The notes beneath the pieces are model-generated. The model saw only the letters and a list, made by a program, of their open reading frames with translations. It searched no databases and had not been told where the DNA came from. Position numbers and translations under genes: made by a program. This document shows, piece by piece, positions 15,001-28,683 of a DNA stretch of 64,000 bases (position 1 is its first letter; each line of letters begins with the position of its first letter). This DNA comes from Fimbriosthenelais zetlandica (lineage: Eukaryota). The stretch is from NCBI GenBank assembly GCA_977030845.1, contig OZ365110.1, forward strand, positions 6,572,001-6,636,000, read 5' to 3'.

Positions 15001-18000
15001 CAGGAGTAGTTATTGCAGGTATAGGTACAAAAATGACTGAGACCGCAGAAGGGGTCACAAGGCCCCAAAACGAATGAAATAGAATCATATGCCAAGCATG
15101 TGATATAATATTGGCACAGTTACCTTCATAGCATGGAGGAATCGGGGTCAGATGCAACATGTAGGAAATACCAATATGTTCATTTTCTAACAATAATTAG
15201 TATAATCAAAACCCTTCAGGATAAAGGTAATGCTTATTAAATTACCAACCTTCAACTTGTCATTTTGTTTTGACAGGTTAGGTATGTGGATAGAGGAAAG
15301 GAATTTCTTTCATCTCAGATTCCATGAGAATAACAGAGACCATTCTATCTCTATCTTGGTTGATCAAAAACTATTGGGTATGTGGGTGGAGCCAGAGAGG
15401 GGCAAATGTTTGGAATGAAAACATCACAAATAGTATCAAATATAATGTAGCTGGAATTTAATTTTCAAATTCTTATATATAATTTACACCAAGGCAGGTT
15501 GCTCAAATTTGAGGTTGGTGCAACAATCTTTATAATTATTAATTCATATATATCGTGTATGTATTAATTTCTGATATATTGGGGACACTTAACCTCAGCT
15601 GTATAGTCTGTTATTTTTGAAATAATTAGCTGTGTTAATTGGTGTCTAATGAGCATGCCAAGATATTTATCCAGTCTCAAATTTGAGACTGTTAATATAT
15701 AAAGGGTTTAATAAAAATTGTAAATTTGTACAGAACCTATGTCTGGGCATTGTAAAATTGAGTTTACTTTTAAAATTATTCGGGCGTTGTCATCTTTCTG
15801 TATTATTAGACAGTGTCATGAGCAATTATTCTCCAGTCGGGATCTCTATCAAAAAGCAAGGCAAACAGGCAAACAGATCTAAACCACATGTGTGATGATT
15901 AGGGCCAGCTATCAATGGAGCAGTGGCGAGCAAATAGAATATACTTGGTATGTATACTGCAGTGAAGATCTATATTCAACGACGGGAGGGTAGGGCAGGG
16001 GTATTGGTAAATGTACAAACATATGGTTCCATGAAGGATGCAAATTAGGCAACCCTTTCACCCCACCACCCCCCCCCCCCCGCCCCCAACCCACCCACCT
16101 CACGCCCCACCCCTCCCCTCCCCAACACGCAAAAATAATCATATTTTCATGATTTTTTGGAGCTAAAATAAATATTTATACTAATAAATTTATATAGTAA
16201 TTTTTTGTCCATATATTAAATTGGGTAATATATTTTCTAAAAGAAATAATTAGGGCACTCAACCTAATTCATCGATAACAGCATCAAAAGACAATTTCCT
16301 TATTTTTCACGAAAGTTCCTTCATTTTTTAAGTGCATGTAGTCAGACAATATCATAGATGAAAATCAAATCAAAACTAGTCTCATCAGTTTTCATTGATT
16401 TTGTTTCACAATCAAACAGACTGAGAGGCAGACGAGATGGACTGGAATCTATTTTTAAGCTTGTGTACCGATTCTAAGTGTACACAATGACAATTGTATT
16501 ACAGACACATGCTATGTTATGTGTGACTATAGATACAGCTGAGCTCTCACTTTCCAAGAGAATGTTTAATAGGTGATTGGATTAAATATGCCTATTTTAA
16601 GACACAATGAAATAAATCTGTGCATCTTTTTATAGACCCATATAAACGTCATGAGACAGGAGGTCTGGGGAGGCGAAAATTGGAAAAAAAAATCTGAAGT
16701 GAACAAATACCAAAAACAGACACTTCATGTTCATTACTCTAATATTTGGAACCCTGTATTCCCTAGAGCCAATTTGAACGTGTCCAATCCTTGAGTAAAA
16801 TCTAGTATTTATAGAATTAGTCTCTAAAATATGATGAAAAATCAATTGGAATCGCTACAGAAAGACACAGGGATGAGTCCTGTGGCCCACTCAAGCTGCA
16901 GTGGTTCCACACAGGGTAAACAGTGAACCCTTAATATCATTTACAACGCAAATAACTGTTAACAATGACCGACCCCAAAATATTGGCTGGTTTGCTCTGT
17001 CTCGCTCCAATTCCAAATATAAAATGACAACAGCTGATTCGTCATGTCGTTAAGCTTCTATGGTCTTTGTTTCCATTCATGTCTTTCTGGTCTAAATTAC
17101 CCACTCCACCTATTCTCCCTCGGGCATTATAATTAGGGATGCGACTCACGCAATTAAAAATATTCCGAAACCTTCCAAGATAATTTTTGGGCGTTTTGGA
17201 TGGGTTTCATATCAGTATCAGTGAAAATCTCAGTTCTAATTCTTCTTAAATCACCAGACAATAGGGTCCAATAAAAATATTTTAAATATGATAAATTTCA
17301 AAATATCTTAAAGTGCTTCAGACCTCCTTACATCACTGAATATATTCGTGGGTTTTTGGCTGCTTCCAGGAGCACTTTTGGACAGTTTTGAAAATACAAA
17401 TCCACTCGGTTTTATTTTAAAATGAATAATTGAAAATAAAGGTGATTATAGTATCAGTAACTTACCAATGACTCCTTGGATTACTTTCACCGGAAGATCT
17501 AAATCATCCTGCAAAAAAATAAAGATGTGTGAAAATGGTTCAAAAAAGATTTTCTCCAAAATTAGATCAATGTGAATAAGATAATGATATATGTTCAACT
17601 CTCATATAAACTATACATGTACATGTATCGAGATTTAGACAGTCGCTGGTTATGAATAAATTTATCAATTTCTGATATCACACTTTCATCTTAAAGTTAT
17701 GAGGAAATACTTACCAACGCACTATCTTTAACGAAAAGGTTATTCAATACAACATCACCTGAAAAAGAAAAAAATATATAGACATTATAATTCATCTTAA
17801 CACCCACTCTCTCATTAGGATAAGGTATAATTAGATGGAATACTAAACCTAGCTAATAAATGTAATTATTACAACATAATTACACATAATTATTAATCTT
17901 AGGCAAACACTTTACTTAAGAAAAAGCGTGAAAGGCATATCATATATAGCACCAATTATACAAATTAATTTATATTACGGCCATAAATAATCTTGCATCA

Positions 18001-21000
18001 TAGAAACACTCTCGGGGTGGTTTACTGCCCCCATGGGGAAGATATAGGACTCTTCGGCTTGCATTTGGATGAACTAAATAAATAACACTCACATGCCTAT
18101 ACGTCTGTTCATTATTTACATGGCCTAGACATACAAATTCCACCTAATCGATATATATACATACATGTAATACAAATTTAAACACCCAGCATAGGTTATA
18201 ATGGAGTGAAAGTATACTGAATATTGTAGCTAAATGTAGGCCAGCATATGAATGGTAATAGTTCATTTCCACACTTAGCTGTAGGACTACATAATCAACC
18301 ACTATGATCAATTTTTTTATGATCAGCTCAGGTATTTTTCAATTTAACACCAACATTTTAAAAGGGATGGTGGAAATTGAAAAGAAATTTAAGAATTTGA
18401 CTAATACTGGTAGAGTATAGAATGGTGTATATAAAATGGATAGCTGAATGGAAAATTATGGCTTACAGAAAATAATATTTAGAGAGCTTTGAGTTAAATC
18501 TAAATCAAAATTCTCAGTTCTATATTTCAGCAAAAGGGCTATCTTTTAGCATTAAGAGACAGTGGGGTTGAGAGAGTGATACATTACCAATAAATATTAA
18601 ACACCCATTTGCAATTCTTGTCTACAGGGGCAGGGATCCAATCCACAAGTGTAACTTTGTCTGGGACCTCAGGGCGGTCATCTAAACTCGGGACCCGAGC
18701 ATCCCACTCACAGTCAATATTAGTCAGACGAGCCCTATTCACATTCACTACCAAGGATCCAATACCCATGTGCCATGCAAGATGGTGGTGGTGGTGGTAG
18801 GGGGTGGGGGGAGATGTCTGGGCCATAGGGTAAAGTAGCAATACACATGATCCTAGCTACACAAAGGGCGGAACAAGAGGCCTGTTTCATAATATTAATA
18901 TGGATTATGCAACGGTCCCCTGTAGATCTATACTCTGATCCAGATCGTAGAGATACTCACACAATTTTTTTTAAATTTTTTTTTTTACAATTTCCAAAGT
19001 AGAAATAAGGACCATCACTCTTTCTTTTCTTGTTAAAAAAATTCAGGATCTACCCTTTCTTGAAATACAATCCAGGCCCCCTCCAATGGGGGAAAAGGGG
19101 AGGGTTGTTACAGTCACCCCCCCCCCCCCCCTCTCTCTCTCTCCCGTGGATCGGTCACTGTACACCGTCCGACTCCCCAGCTTAGGAACTCCTGGCTCGT
19201 GTGCACCAATAAATATTTTAACCCCCCACCTCCCTCAATATCTCAATATACCAGACTGCAGTCGATCCTGAGCTTGACCAGGGGTTAAAATCATCAAATT
19301 TTATTATCCAGGGCAAATACTTGGTCAGAACTGGGTTAACTCGTCATTTTGAGAAGGAAAAACAGGCTGGAATTAGTTTTATTACGGGTAGGTAGGGGGC
19401 GGCGGTTAGTTACTTACAATTAATAATTTTAAAAAATCAAAATCTTAAAAAAAAATTATATTCTGTCAAAATATCTCTTAGCTGGGACAGATGATGGATT
19501 CTCCATTTACCAGTGAAGAATTTCGCCAGAATCTTCGGCTTCCAAACACTTTGAGCAGCCATATAATCATGCCACCTAACTAGAAGGAGAGAGTTGTAAA
19601 TTCTGGTCAACCTTTTGACTAATTTAAACCACCAGGTACTCTCGCACTCCACCCACGCCGCTGTCTGCACACCACCAAAGTCCTGGAGCAGCTCAAAAAA
19701 AACCTCGTCTATTGGTGTTTTCACACCACAACAAGACACAGGCTAAGCAGCTTAAAGTGGAGCAAAATACCAGTGACTTATCCAGGACAAATTTACTATA
19801 CAGTTTTCCAGGATCCTTTTGTAATAAAGAATATTTTTTTATTCTTCTACCTAATACCGGCGGTGGTAAAATAGCACTCAAGAAGGGAACTTATTTTTTT
19901 CTTTGCAATTTTAACCCGTAAAATTATTCCTCCACTTTCAAACACCCCCTAACCCGACCATGTATAATAATACCCCCTGACCACTTATGGTCTGTCAGTC
20001 CTAAAGTTGTTCGCAGCACTCGATCCACAATAAAACCTCTTAAACCGACCATCTCCGAAACCGACCATATAATCCATTAGGGTGGTAGTCTAAGGGCCCT
20101 CCCCAGAAAATTTATTTTGGGGGAATACCGGAAAAGTTTTGTTTTTTTTGGACAATCTGAGAGCCAAAATTTCTCTTAAATCTGAACAATGACTTGTTGT
20201 CTTGCTCTATACTAGTGTGAAAACGCCATAACTGAACCAATCTCATAGGAGTCCAAGTCTAGCGAACCTATACCTAGAGTAGACGGTATATCTATTACTC
20301 TACTCCCTTATACTATACAACCAGCATGTGTCTAGATCTACTCTAGATCCACTAAAAGTAACTGACGCATGCCAATCCTGAAATAGAGCATTATTAAGTC
20401 AGCATAGGGCAGTGAAAAAAACATGGTCAAATACATAGTAATATCCAACATGATGGATGGGGCCAGAGGCATGCCATAGACCCTGTGGCCATACACTAAT
20501 CCGATTCCCTATCCGATACTATATTTCTGTTCGCACGTCACAAATGCTTATATCAGTCCGTTACACTTAGGTAAGGGTAACCACTTACACAATTTCAATC
20601 ATAGGATGTCATTAGAAATCAATGGGAGATTGGATGGCGACGGATTGGAGATGAATGTGAGGGCACCTTTACAGTGGTAGTATAGAGCTTAGAGTAAATT
20701 TTACTCTAAGTATAGAGGGACGGTCGAATATAAAAAAAAATTTTAATGACGTTTAGAAAAGCTGGTTTCGTAATGGTCGGATACAGAGACGGTCGCTTTA
20801 GTGAGCTGGTCGTCAATCAAGACTATTGTATCACCAACAAAATAATACATTTTTCAATATTGCAAAAAATAAATATTTGACTTCTTTCTTTCAGCTTATC
20901 TAGTGATTACTGGGGAGTTAGTAAGTGCGGCTGCCCTGTACGACAGGAGTATAAAAAAATCAATAAGTGACCTCAGACAGAATATTGTACCACTTAGAGG

Positions 21001-23191
21001 GTCCAGGTAAATCTAGGCCAGTGATTTACAGCATGTTTGCCACAAGCTATCATCCTCAATCTTAAATAAACTCAGCTTATATGAACATTGAGGTTGGTTA
21101 CATAGTAGGTGGAATCTGTTGTTAAAAAAAAGACTATGAATCTGTGATACAGAATACTTTTGTTAATATCAATTATAATTTTTTCATTAAAACTATAAAG
21201 GGAAATTGACCTGCACCAAGGCAGATTGTCCTTTTTATTTCATTTTTTTATGTTTTCTTTGTATCCTTGTGATACAGAAACATTTTGGGGGCTAAATATC
21301 AATAAAAAATGTTTTCAACAAAACAGTACAGTACAGAGATTAATTGACATGCACCCTGTGAGACTGGGCTATTTTCTTCTTTGGTATGTATTTTTTTCTA
21401 CGTTTTTTTTTTCCAGTTTTTTCTTTTTTTTGTCGTTTAAATTTATCACTGATAAGCCACGTGTTGGACATAGATAAGAATTAATTTCCTGAATCAGCAT
21501 ACTTCAGCTACACACCCCCTGAGATAATGACTGTCCTATTGCCCTACATTTTTAATATTCATTGCAACAGTACCAAACACTTATCACAGCTTTTTTAGGA
21601 TAAGATACAGGAACTGACTATGAAAATGACACAAACTGAAGCATGCTTTCATACAATTAGTATATCCATATAAGTGCTCCCTACACTTCTATGGTATATC
21701 CCACTAACATGGTAACATTTACATGGGAATATCAAGGGTAGCTTGAGGGAACATTTTAGCAGCCAGCTATAGGCCTATCCCCCAGGGAGACTTCCCTATC
21801 CCTAGGGATTGTTACCCATCATTCCCACCGCAATCCCAAAATAGCCTCAAGGATGGTAGGCATTGTTTGGTAGCATCCACCTCAACCTTCCCGTCTTTTA
21901 ACTTTAAATTAATTTGTTACCTCCTTTTATATTTTCAAAACATGACAAATTACACAAGACTCGTCTATCACATATTTCACATTATTGAAACTGGAGTCCG
22001 GTAAATAAGGTTATGAGCCGATTTTACAGCACAATAAAAAATAATACAGATAAAGCAGTGATGGAACCAACGGCTTTGGTGGCATCAGGCATCAGGACAA
22101 CAAAGAAGCCCCCCACTAACCCCTCCCCCCAGCCCACCAACCACAAGCCACCTGGCATAAAGTGCATGCTCTGGGACTATGTGGGGCGGGCGGGCGGGCG
22201 TGCTGTTCAGTGGGTGGGAAGTGCTGTTCAATGCCTGCTAAATCCATCATCATGCATGTGGCCTTTGGGCCAGCATGCAGCTGAGTCTTTGGTTCCAGTG
22301 GCAATATGTTTATCAGGACCTGAGCAGCTATAAAGATAGAGTTCACTTTGCCATGAAGCTATAAAATTGATCCTAAGGCTAGGCTAGGCTAGTATTATAA
22401 GCCATTAGGCTAGCCTATTACCGGGTATTAATACAGATCTATCATGTGGGATGATGTGCCACACTGTCACATATTTATTCTCTCAAACTAAGAAATGTGA
22501 TTTTCTGTTCACTGCTATTTAAGGGGTCAGTACCGGTACTCGGTAGTGTTTTTATAACTTAATTTTTGTGAAATCAAACAAGCACTTCCAATACACAAAA
22601 TACCAGTCTGTAGGCCTACCGGGTATCCCAATAATATAGGCCTATGGTATCTCAGAATGTTAAGCCTACCAAATAGGAATCATATAATATTATAAAAGAA
22701 ATGACAAAAAATTGATGACAATATGCATGATGGCTCGTCCAATTACTGCATAGGGTCATAGGCCTACTGCCTTCCAGACACTTGGAGCAGCCTCTATATA
22801 ATGGTGCAGCCAGGCAATGCCAATGGCACCATCATCAACACTGCAACAGCACTGGCCACTGCCACGCCTCCTTCACCAAAAATAAACCGACAGGGACATA
22901 ACCAGGAAGAAACAAACCCCCAGACCGGTCTTAAAACAGTCTTTAGATATGTCAGTCTTATATGGGTTTAGTTTATATGTTTATATATTAGTTACAAAAG
23001 AAATATACAGCGTCCAGTCATGTGAGACCACTGGCACTGGTCCCATCATTTGACACCACCGGGAGGCAGAAGAAGCTGAATACACACTCACCTCCCCAAA
23101 TACCGATCTTCAACTGCGATTTATCCAGATTCTCGATGAAATCGCCAAGGTAGCGATTCATGAGATCTACCACAAGGGATTCGAAAACCAT
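42..23191 (-). CDS. VPS13: VPS13A/C-type bridge-like lipid transfer protein, 5' part (20 exons, chorein-N region); gene continues beyond window start
   Basis: Exon 1 23092-23191 reads [33 protein letters not shown]. Further exons: 17715-17758, 17466-17508, 10059-10154 ([12 protein letters not shown]), 8582-8683, 8002-8171 ([19 protein letters not shown]), 7727-7786, 7451-7531, 7169-7223, 6666-6906, 6167-6338, 5869-5931, 4585-4693 (GWFSGWW), 3311-3432 (acceptor could be 3411), 2848-2927, 2420-2693, 1986-2044, 1441-1593, 785-878, 42-126. All GT-AG with continuous phase. Confidence 0.95.
191..334. repeat. Minisatellite, 4 units of about 33-44 bp (TCTCACCATAGACAGTGGGAGACATGGCTGGC)
   Basis: Four head-to-tail copies in a VPS13 intron. 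Confidence 0.88.
1189..1348. mobile_element. Tc1/mariner-superfamily (Tc2/pogo-like) MITE with TA target duplication
   Basis: TA-CCGTATTTG ... CAAATATGG-TA with internal GCGGCTTATA repeats. Confidence 0.7.
2076..2150 (+). mobile_element. Degenerate tRNA-derived SINE head
   Basis: A-box-like TAGCTCAGCTG and B-box-like GGTTCAACC at tRNA-like spacing; does not fold as a full tRNA. Confidence 0.33.
6389..6640. repeat. Intronic direct repeat (about 55-60 bp, two copies)
   Basis: ATGCCACAATAAAA...TTTAATGTTAAAATTGGCAAAAATGGCAATTTAAT at about 6389 and 6577. Confidence 0.75.
7017..7143 (+). mobile_element. Truncated copy of the 1189 MITE family
   Basis: CGTATTTGCCGATGTATAAGCCGCGACTTTTTCCAAAAATTCGC ... 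TTTCTATACAAAGCAGCGGTTTATATATGGATT aligns with 1189-1305. Confidence 0.6.
9325..9397 (+). tRNA. tRNA-Met (CAT), elongator, copy 1
   Basis: GCCTCGGTAGCGCAGTAGGCAGCGCGTCAGTCTCATAATCTGAAGGTCGTGAGTTCGATCCTCACCCGGGGCA; 73 nt cloverleaf, CAT anticodon, near-identical to metazoan elongator Met; T-run downstream. Confidence 0.97.
9485..9557 (+). tRNA. tRNA-Met (CAT), elongator, copy 2
   Basis: Identical to copy 1; TTTTT terminator about 10 nt downstream. Confidence 0.97.
9665..9737 (+). tRNA. tRNA-Met (CAT), elongator, copy 3
   Basis: Identical to copy 1; T-run terminator about 10 nt downstream. Confidence 0.97.
11704..11837. mobile_element. Degenerate GGCGGATCC-terminated MITE-like element
   Basis: GGGGCGGATCAAGGG ... 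CCTGGATCCCTCCCGC; related ends near 10663, 12180, 14340 and 55076. Confidence 0.38.
13176..13390. mobile_element. MITE with 20-bp perfect TIR and TAA target duplication (PIF/Harbinger-like)
   Basis: TAA-AGGTGCCCACACACTAATCC ... GGATTAGTGTGTGGGCACCT-TAA; 215 bp, non-coding. Confidence 0.82.
13606..13680. repeat. Dispersed 2-unit copy of the 191-334 minisatellite
   Basis: TCTCACCATAGACAGTGGGAGACATGGATGGC followed by CTCAACATAGACATTAGGAGACATGGCTG. Confidence 0.75.
20484..20668 (+). mobile_element. Diverged second copy of the 13176 MITE family
   Basis: Shares ACACTAATCC, TACTATATTTC, TAGGTAAGGGTAAC, ACACAATTTCAATCAT, GGATGTCATT and terminal GGGCACCT. Confidence 0.65.
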
Positions 23192-24027
23192 TTTGATGTC
23201 TGGCCTCTGGCAAATACTAACTTAGTATATCCAAATCAGGGGAAAACACCGGGGAACATTTTGCAGACACTATCCCACATGACTGCTGTCGACGCCAGCC
23301 TTGTTTTTGTGCTTATGTCACATGATTGAACTATAGTTTCGAATCTTATCATGGTATATATTTCAGAGTAGTTAGACTCTTAAATAATTAATCTAATCAT
23401 TGTTTTAATTTCAATTGAGCTTTTTAATAATTTTAATGGAATATGAATGCACATTTACAAGATACGAAACTGTGCGTCATCCAGTGTGGCTAGCTTTACG
23501 TCATGGCCAGCTGAGAAAGTAGGCTATGTTTGTAAACTATACCGAGGCCGTTCTGGGTGGAAATTCAGGGATTTAATTGATTATCGACCCTGCAAAACAT
23601 AGCCGGTATTATATTCTGCTTGGAGGCCGTCAGAACTTGTTTTTTCAAACGCGTAAGTCCTTTCTCTTCGTCATTCTTTGCGACCTTTGCTTTAGTTTAG
23701 ATCTCGAGTCTCGTCCACTGTCCACGGGGTAGGACGAGACTGGGTACCGATGGGTCTGTCTCTCCCCACCGACCCCGATTCAGTCTCAGACATCCATTTT
23801 CCTTCGTAATATTTTTAGTCTTTAATAATCATTTATGGCAATTTACCTGGGGTAGTCTATGTTGTCTTAGTAGGTACTAAGATAGTCAACCTATTTGCCA
23901 CTGAGAAAAGGTCTGCAATTAATTTATTGAATTAAATTTAAAGGACCAAATTTCTTTTCACAATTTCAGAGAAGTTATTCAGACTTGGGCCTACTAGAGA
24001 CACTAGGACCACTGAAACTCATGTAAA
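23192..24027. promoter_or_regulatory. Putative bidirectional promoter VPS13 / FBXO28
   Basis: Divergent start codons 836 bp apart; CpG-richer DNA; M-box motifs 23276 and 23317; TTACGTCA near 23496. Confidence 0.7.
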
Positions 24028-25939
24028 ATGGACGAATCCCCATCCCCGAATCAACCCGCGAAGAGGTTGCGTCTCGGAGCCTACCTGGAATTATCTCCAA
24101 GTCCACCTGCTAAAAGACGATGTACAGGAAATAAGTCACCAGACGGGTCGTCCCTACAACCTGTGGTGGTCTGTCTATCTCCAGTCAGAGAACCGCCTGG
24201 CTTCCTAGACCTCCCACCTGAAGTTCTAGAAAATATTTTGACCAAGTTGAACAGCCATGCAGAAATTGCAAGATTGCGATTGGTAAGCCTAAAATCCAAG
24301 TAAAAGTTAGATATTTTCTTCTGAAATTCTTTGGTAAAACACTTTTATTTACCGGAATACCGGTACCATACATTATGCATGTATATTTTTTTTAGTTAGA
24401 ATTTTTATAGCACCATATAATGTGGTTTAAAACATTTCAATAAAAAAACGAAAAAGACATTTTTAGTTTCGATTTGAATGATTAATAATTATATTACTCA
24501 CTATACAATGTTTTTGCAGGTATCGCGGTACTTCAGAGACTCGGGTCAGAATATCCTAAACAAAAGCTTCTCAAAAGTACAGGAGGTGATCCAGGCGAGA
24601 CTCCAGGTGATCAAGTCACAGATGCCGAGACGGGAGTCTTCACGGAGGAAGCACCCGCTAGCCAGAGAATGTGACATAATGGAAACACTCCGGATGCGTC
24701 TAGTACTCATGCAGATGACTTTTGGAAAGCACATCGAGGAAGGAAACTGCTGCTTTTTTGCTGGGGAGGTAAATTAAAACGAAATTTTATTAATCCCATG
24801 TAAATAATATTGCGAGAGCCAATGCTGTATATATTACGGGTACATTTCTGAGTATACCCACTAAAAATAATAGGCTAACATTTTGTAATTTGATCGGAAA
24901 GAAGAAATTTAAGATCCCAGTTTCTTGGCTTCAAATAAAAATGACCAAATATGATTAAAATGAAAATCTGATTAAGATTATTATGATTAAAATGAAAATC
25001 TGATGTTTTCCCTTTCCCGTCAGATTCTGGATGAAATTCTTCGCATATTGCAATACACAAAAACTGCGGCTGTGCTGGGGCGAGTATGTAAGGTAACAGA
25101 TGAACTATTCGACCTCTCTACCATGGCCATGGAATACTTCAAGGAGCACATAGAACCCGGACTTCCACCTGTCAACTATTTCTCTTCTGATTTCAGCTTC
25201 ACAACTCAAAGTGAGTTCACTTGAAAATAATTCTTCGAAAAAACTTTAAAGAATTTACCTAAAAATAGATTCACTATTTACAAAGTAGGAAATGAAGCAA
25301 AATTTTGCCATCCTATTTCATGTAATCATTTTCTTGGATATCTTGCCCCTTTTCACAGCATTTGTAGTAGCCCTTGGGTGTGCGTTTTGAAAGTATACAT
25401 ATATGTAGCTTAGAACATTGATGTGTAAAAAATTTGCACTACGTTTTGTCCAAGTACATATATGTATAAATTTAGAATATATATCGGTACGTCAATTCTT
25501 ACTGCCTGTTTCAATTTTTAATTCCGTTTCAGGTTCCCTTAAGAACGCATTAAGCCCATTGCCCCACGAAGCAGACAGCACCCCATCCTTCTCCTCCTCC
25601 ACACAGAGCCAGCCCAGCCCGGAGGTGGAGAACCCTGTGGTTTATCCCGTCATAGTGCGCAAATCCCGGACCAGAGAAGCGCTCAGATCGACGCGGCGCT
25701 ACATCAAGAAAGTCAACTCTAACGTGTCTATATTGAGGCGCGAAGTGAGGAGCAGCAAGGTGAAACTAGCCTACCTTAACCGACAAATGGTGGAATATAC
25801 TGCCCGACTTGAACAATACGACAGACGCTTTGACCAACAGTCAAAGAAAGTGGAAGCCATGGCTAAAGAACTGAGTCAGTGCAGAGCTGAACTGTCGGAT
25901 TTGAAAGCTTCCAAGATGGAAGCGAATGGAAAAGTTTAA
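24028..25939 (+). CDS. FBXO28: F-box only protein 28 homolog (4 exons, about 365 aa)
   Basis: Exons 24028-24282, 24520-24768, 25024-25210, 25533-25939. F-box (FLDLPPEVLENILTKL), FBXO28-type MPRRESSRRKHPLARECDI, CFFAGEILDEI and FDLSTMAMEYFKEHIEP motifs, C-terminal coiled coil; phases consistent. Confidence 0.92.
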
Positions 25940-28683
25940 TTTAAAAAAAAAAGAGAGAGATCTTATGGATAATACTCGTGTAGGACCTGGCTCATGGAGG
26001 GATTTTGGGGTCTGTTAATACAGTGGAAATGGCATTGAGTGATCACATTGGAAACTGAGAACAAATAGTTTATTAGGAGGTGTTCCCTATCAGAGGGGGT
26101 CCTATATGTTAAGAACTGTGAAATTGTTCACTGTATGCAGGTGTTGCCAAAATCAGAGTGGGCTATAAATGGCACCTCAAGAACTGTGGATTAATGTTTA
26201 TTGTTCAGAGATTTTAATTCAGTTGTGTAAATAGATAGACATTATGGGTTTTTGTCAGTGCAGCCAGTGGCTTGGAGAATTTGCCTGAAGGGTGGTTTTG
26301 ACCCAGTCTGTACCTGGTGAATTGGTGGGTATGGCGGTACTACAGAATTTATTAAAATTAAATCAATTAAAATTTATTAATGAGTTAAATTGATTAAAAT
26401 TCCTTTCCATGGCCCTTTTCCGGGGATACAAATTCACAGGAATTGTAATATAAGATTTTAGTGTAGTTGTGTAAATAGTGAGTAGAGAGAAAAATTAGAG
26501 AATTTCCTTTTGTGTACTTGAGGAATGGTGATCGTGAAATTTATAAAAGTTTTAATATATGGTAAACCACGTAAATGTATTATTATTTTTAGTTACATAT
26601 AGTACTATGATAATAATAATATTCATATATAATATAATTGAGATTATATCAGTCTCATTGTTATTTGATTATTTGAGATTATTTAATCACTGTCAAACGA
26701 AGGTAGGTTGACTGTAATAATTATGTCATGATATCTAGGTTTATTTTCCTTTACTATCATTGAGAAATTAAATTATAATTATTAAGAAACTTTTATATTA
26801 AATTCATCGAGTGTAACACTACATTGAATCCCCCTGTTGATACATGTACATTGATAATTATTTCTGGTACATAGGCAGGACGTGGAACGTCTCAATCAAG
26901 TAAAAAAAAACATAAGTAAATAAAGATACATTCAAATTCCATTTATTCCATTGAATTATATCTAGAAGTTGACATAATAAGGACATAATCTTATAACCCA
27001 TCGGAGAATATTTTTCTCAGACGATTTCAGAATTCCTAAGCTGAAGCACTTACTGGATGTTGAGAAAAAATGCAATTTATTTTTTGGAATAATTTAAATC
27101 TGAAATGTGCATCTGAGATGCAAATAACTAAAATCAAGAAAATTTAAAAGATCAATTTTACAATTAACAATTTTGAGGTATTAACATAAACCAAAATATT
27201 TAAATTTCGTGGAATTTCAAAATGCCTGAATCAAGGCAATAGCCCTAAAAAACTGCATCCCCGAAAATCTATTAAATGGCCTACACATGATCTATTAAAT
27301 CTTGGTATTTTCTGACACAATCACATCTAACATTCTCAACCAACCGCGGTGCTTCCTATGCCACTCCACTGTGATTTTTACATACATGTATGCAAACCTT
27401 TTATTTCATTAAAAAATCTCACATTTACTTGTACACGATTGGTGCCTTACGTTTTACGAGTATCAGTGAAGAAAAGTTCACAAATATTTACATATTAGCA
27501 GATGTTTTGAATGTGCTATGAAAAAGCCCAATCTGAATGAAATGTACACACATACACTCATTTATAAACGATCTACTTGGAATGGACCTAACTTGGCGAA
27601 AAACAAAGTTTCAGGTTAGCTTTCCTAGTCTACCCTGGCATTAAACAATATATAATAGGCCTAATTCTGGCCTCAAACTAAAGGCATAAAAAATGGCAAT
27701 TTCATCTTAACAGATTGGATAGAATCAGGACAAAGATGGATTGACTTGGCACAGAAACAAAGTTTAAGATTTGAGATACTTTATATACAAACTTCAGTAA
27801 TAACTTTTAGCCCTCGACTATTCCTGCTAACAGGGCATCAAACCAATTATTACTTCAGCGACACAACCGAAAAATCCATTCTCAATGATACCTAAGTATT
27901 AAAAGTTAATCCATATCTGGGAATGAGTCAAACTGGGATTTTTGTTCGCAGGGAAACCAACAATAGCAGAGATGATTCAACATATCAATATTATTTTATA
28001 TGCACATACATGTACATGTATTTCTAACAAGAAATGCTGTATCAGTGAATTTTCGATATGCAATTAATTCATGATCTGACTATAAAATATTTATAATCGT
28101 TAAATGATAAACCTCCTTGCTGTTATTACACAAAGGAAAAAACTCTCAGATAGGGTCACAATTATCAACATGAATATTAATTTCAGTTTTTGTTTAATTA
28201 CTCTCCCAACGACATTTCTGAAAGAAATACTAAGAAACCAATGGATCAAATCAATAAATTTAACATACTTCAACACAAACGTACTGCAGGTCTGCTTAAC
28301 CATAGATATACTCCTTTATGTCTATGGCTTAACTTAGGGAAAATAACAAACCTCGCTAGAAATAAAATAATTTTTCAATACATCTTTCAGTTTCTACACA
28401 GAATATATATATATGGGTGTGCAATACAAATGTGAGGCTACTTCTTTCATTTGAGAAGTCCTAAATATTAGGCCATTACCTACATGTGTAGACCCATCCC
28501 CGCCCCCTCCCCATTCAAATAGTGTGAATACAGCTAAACGCAGCTGCTGCCTTAGTGACTACACATTAATAATAATATTTACACATCTGTCTATCTCGTT
28601 AATATTTTTTTTTATACATGTGAACAAATTTCTCTCTTTACTCCTTGGAGTATAATATTATTCTGTGCGTTTTGTATTGGTTC

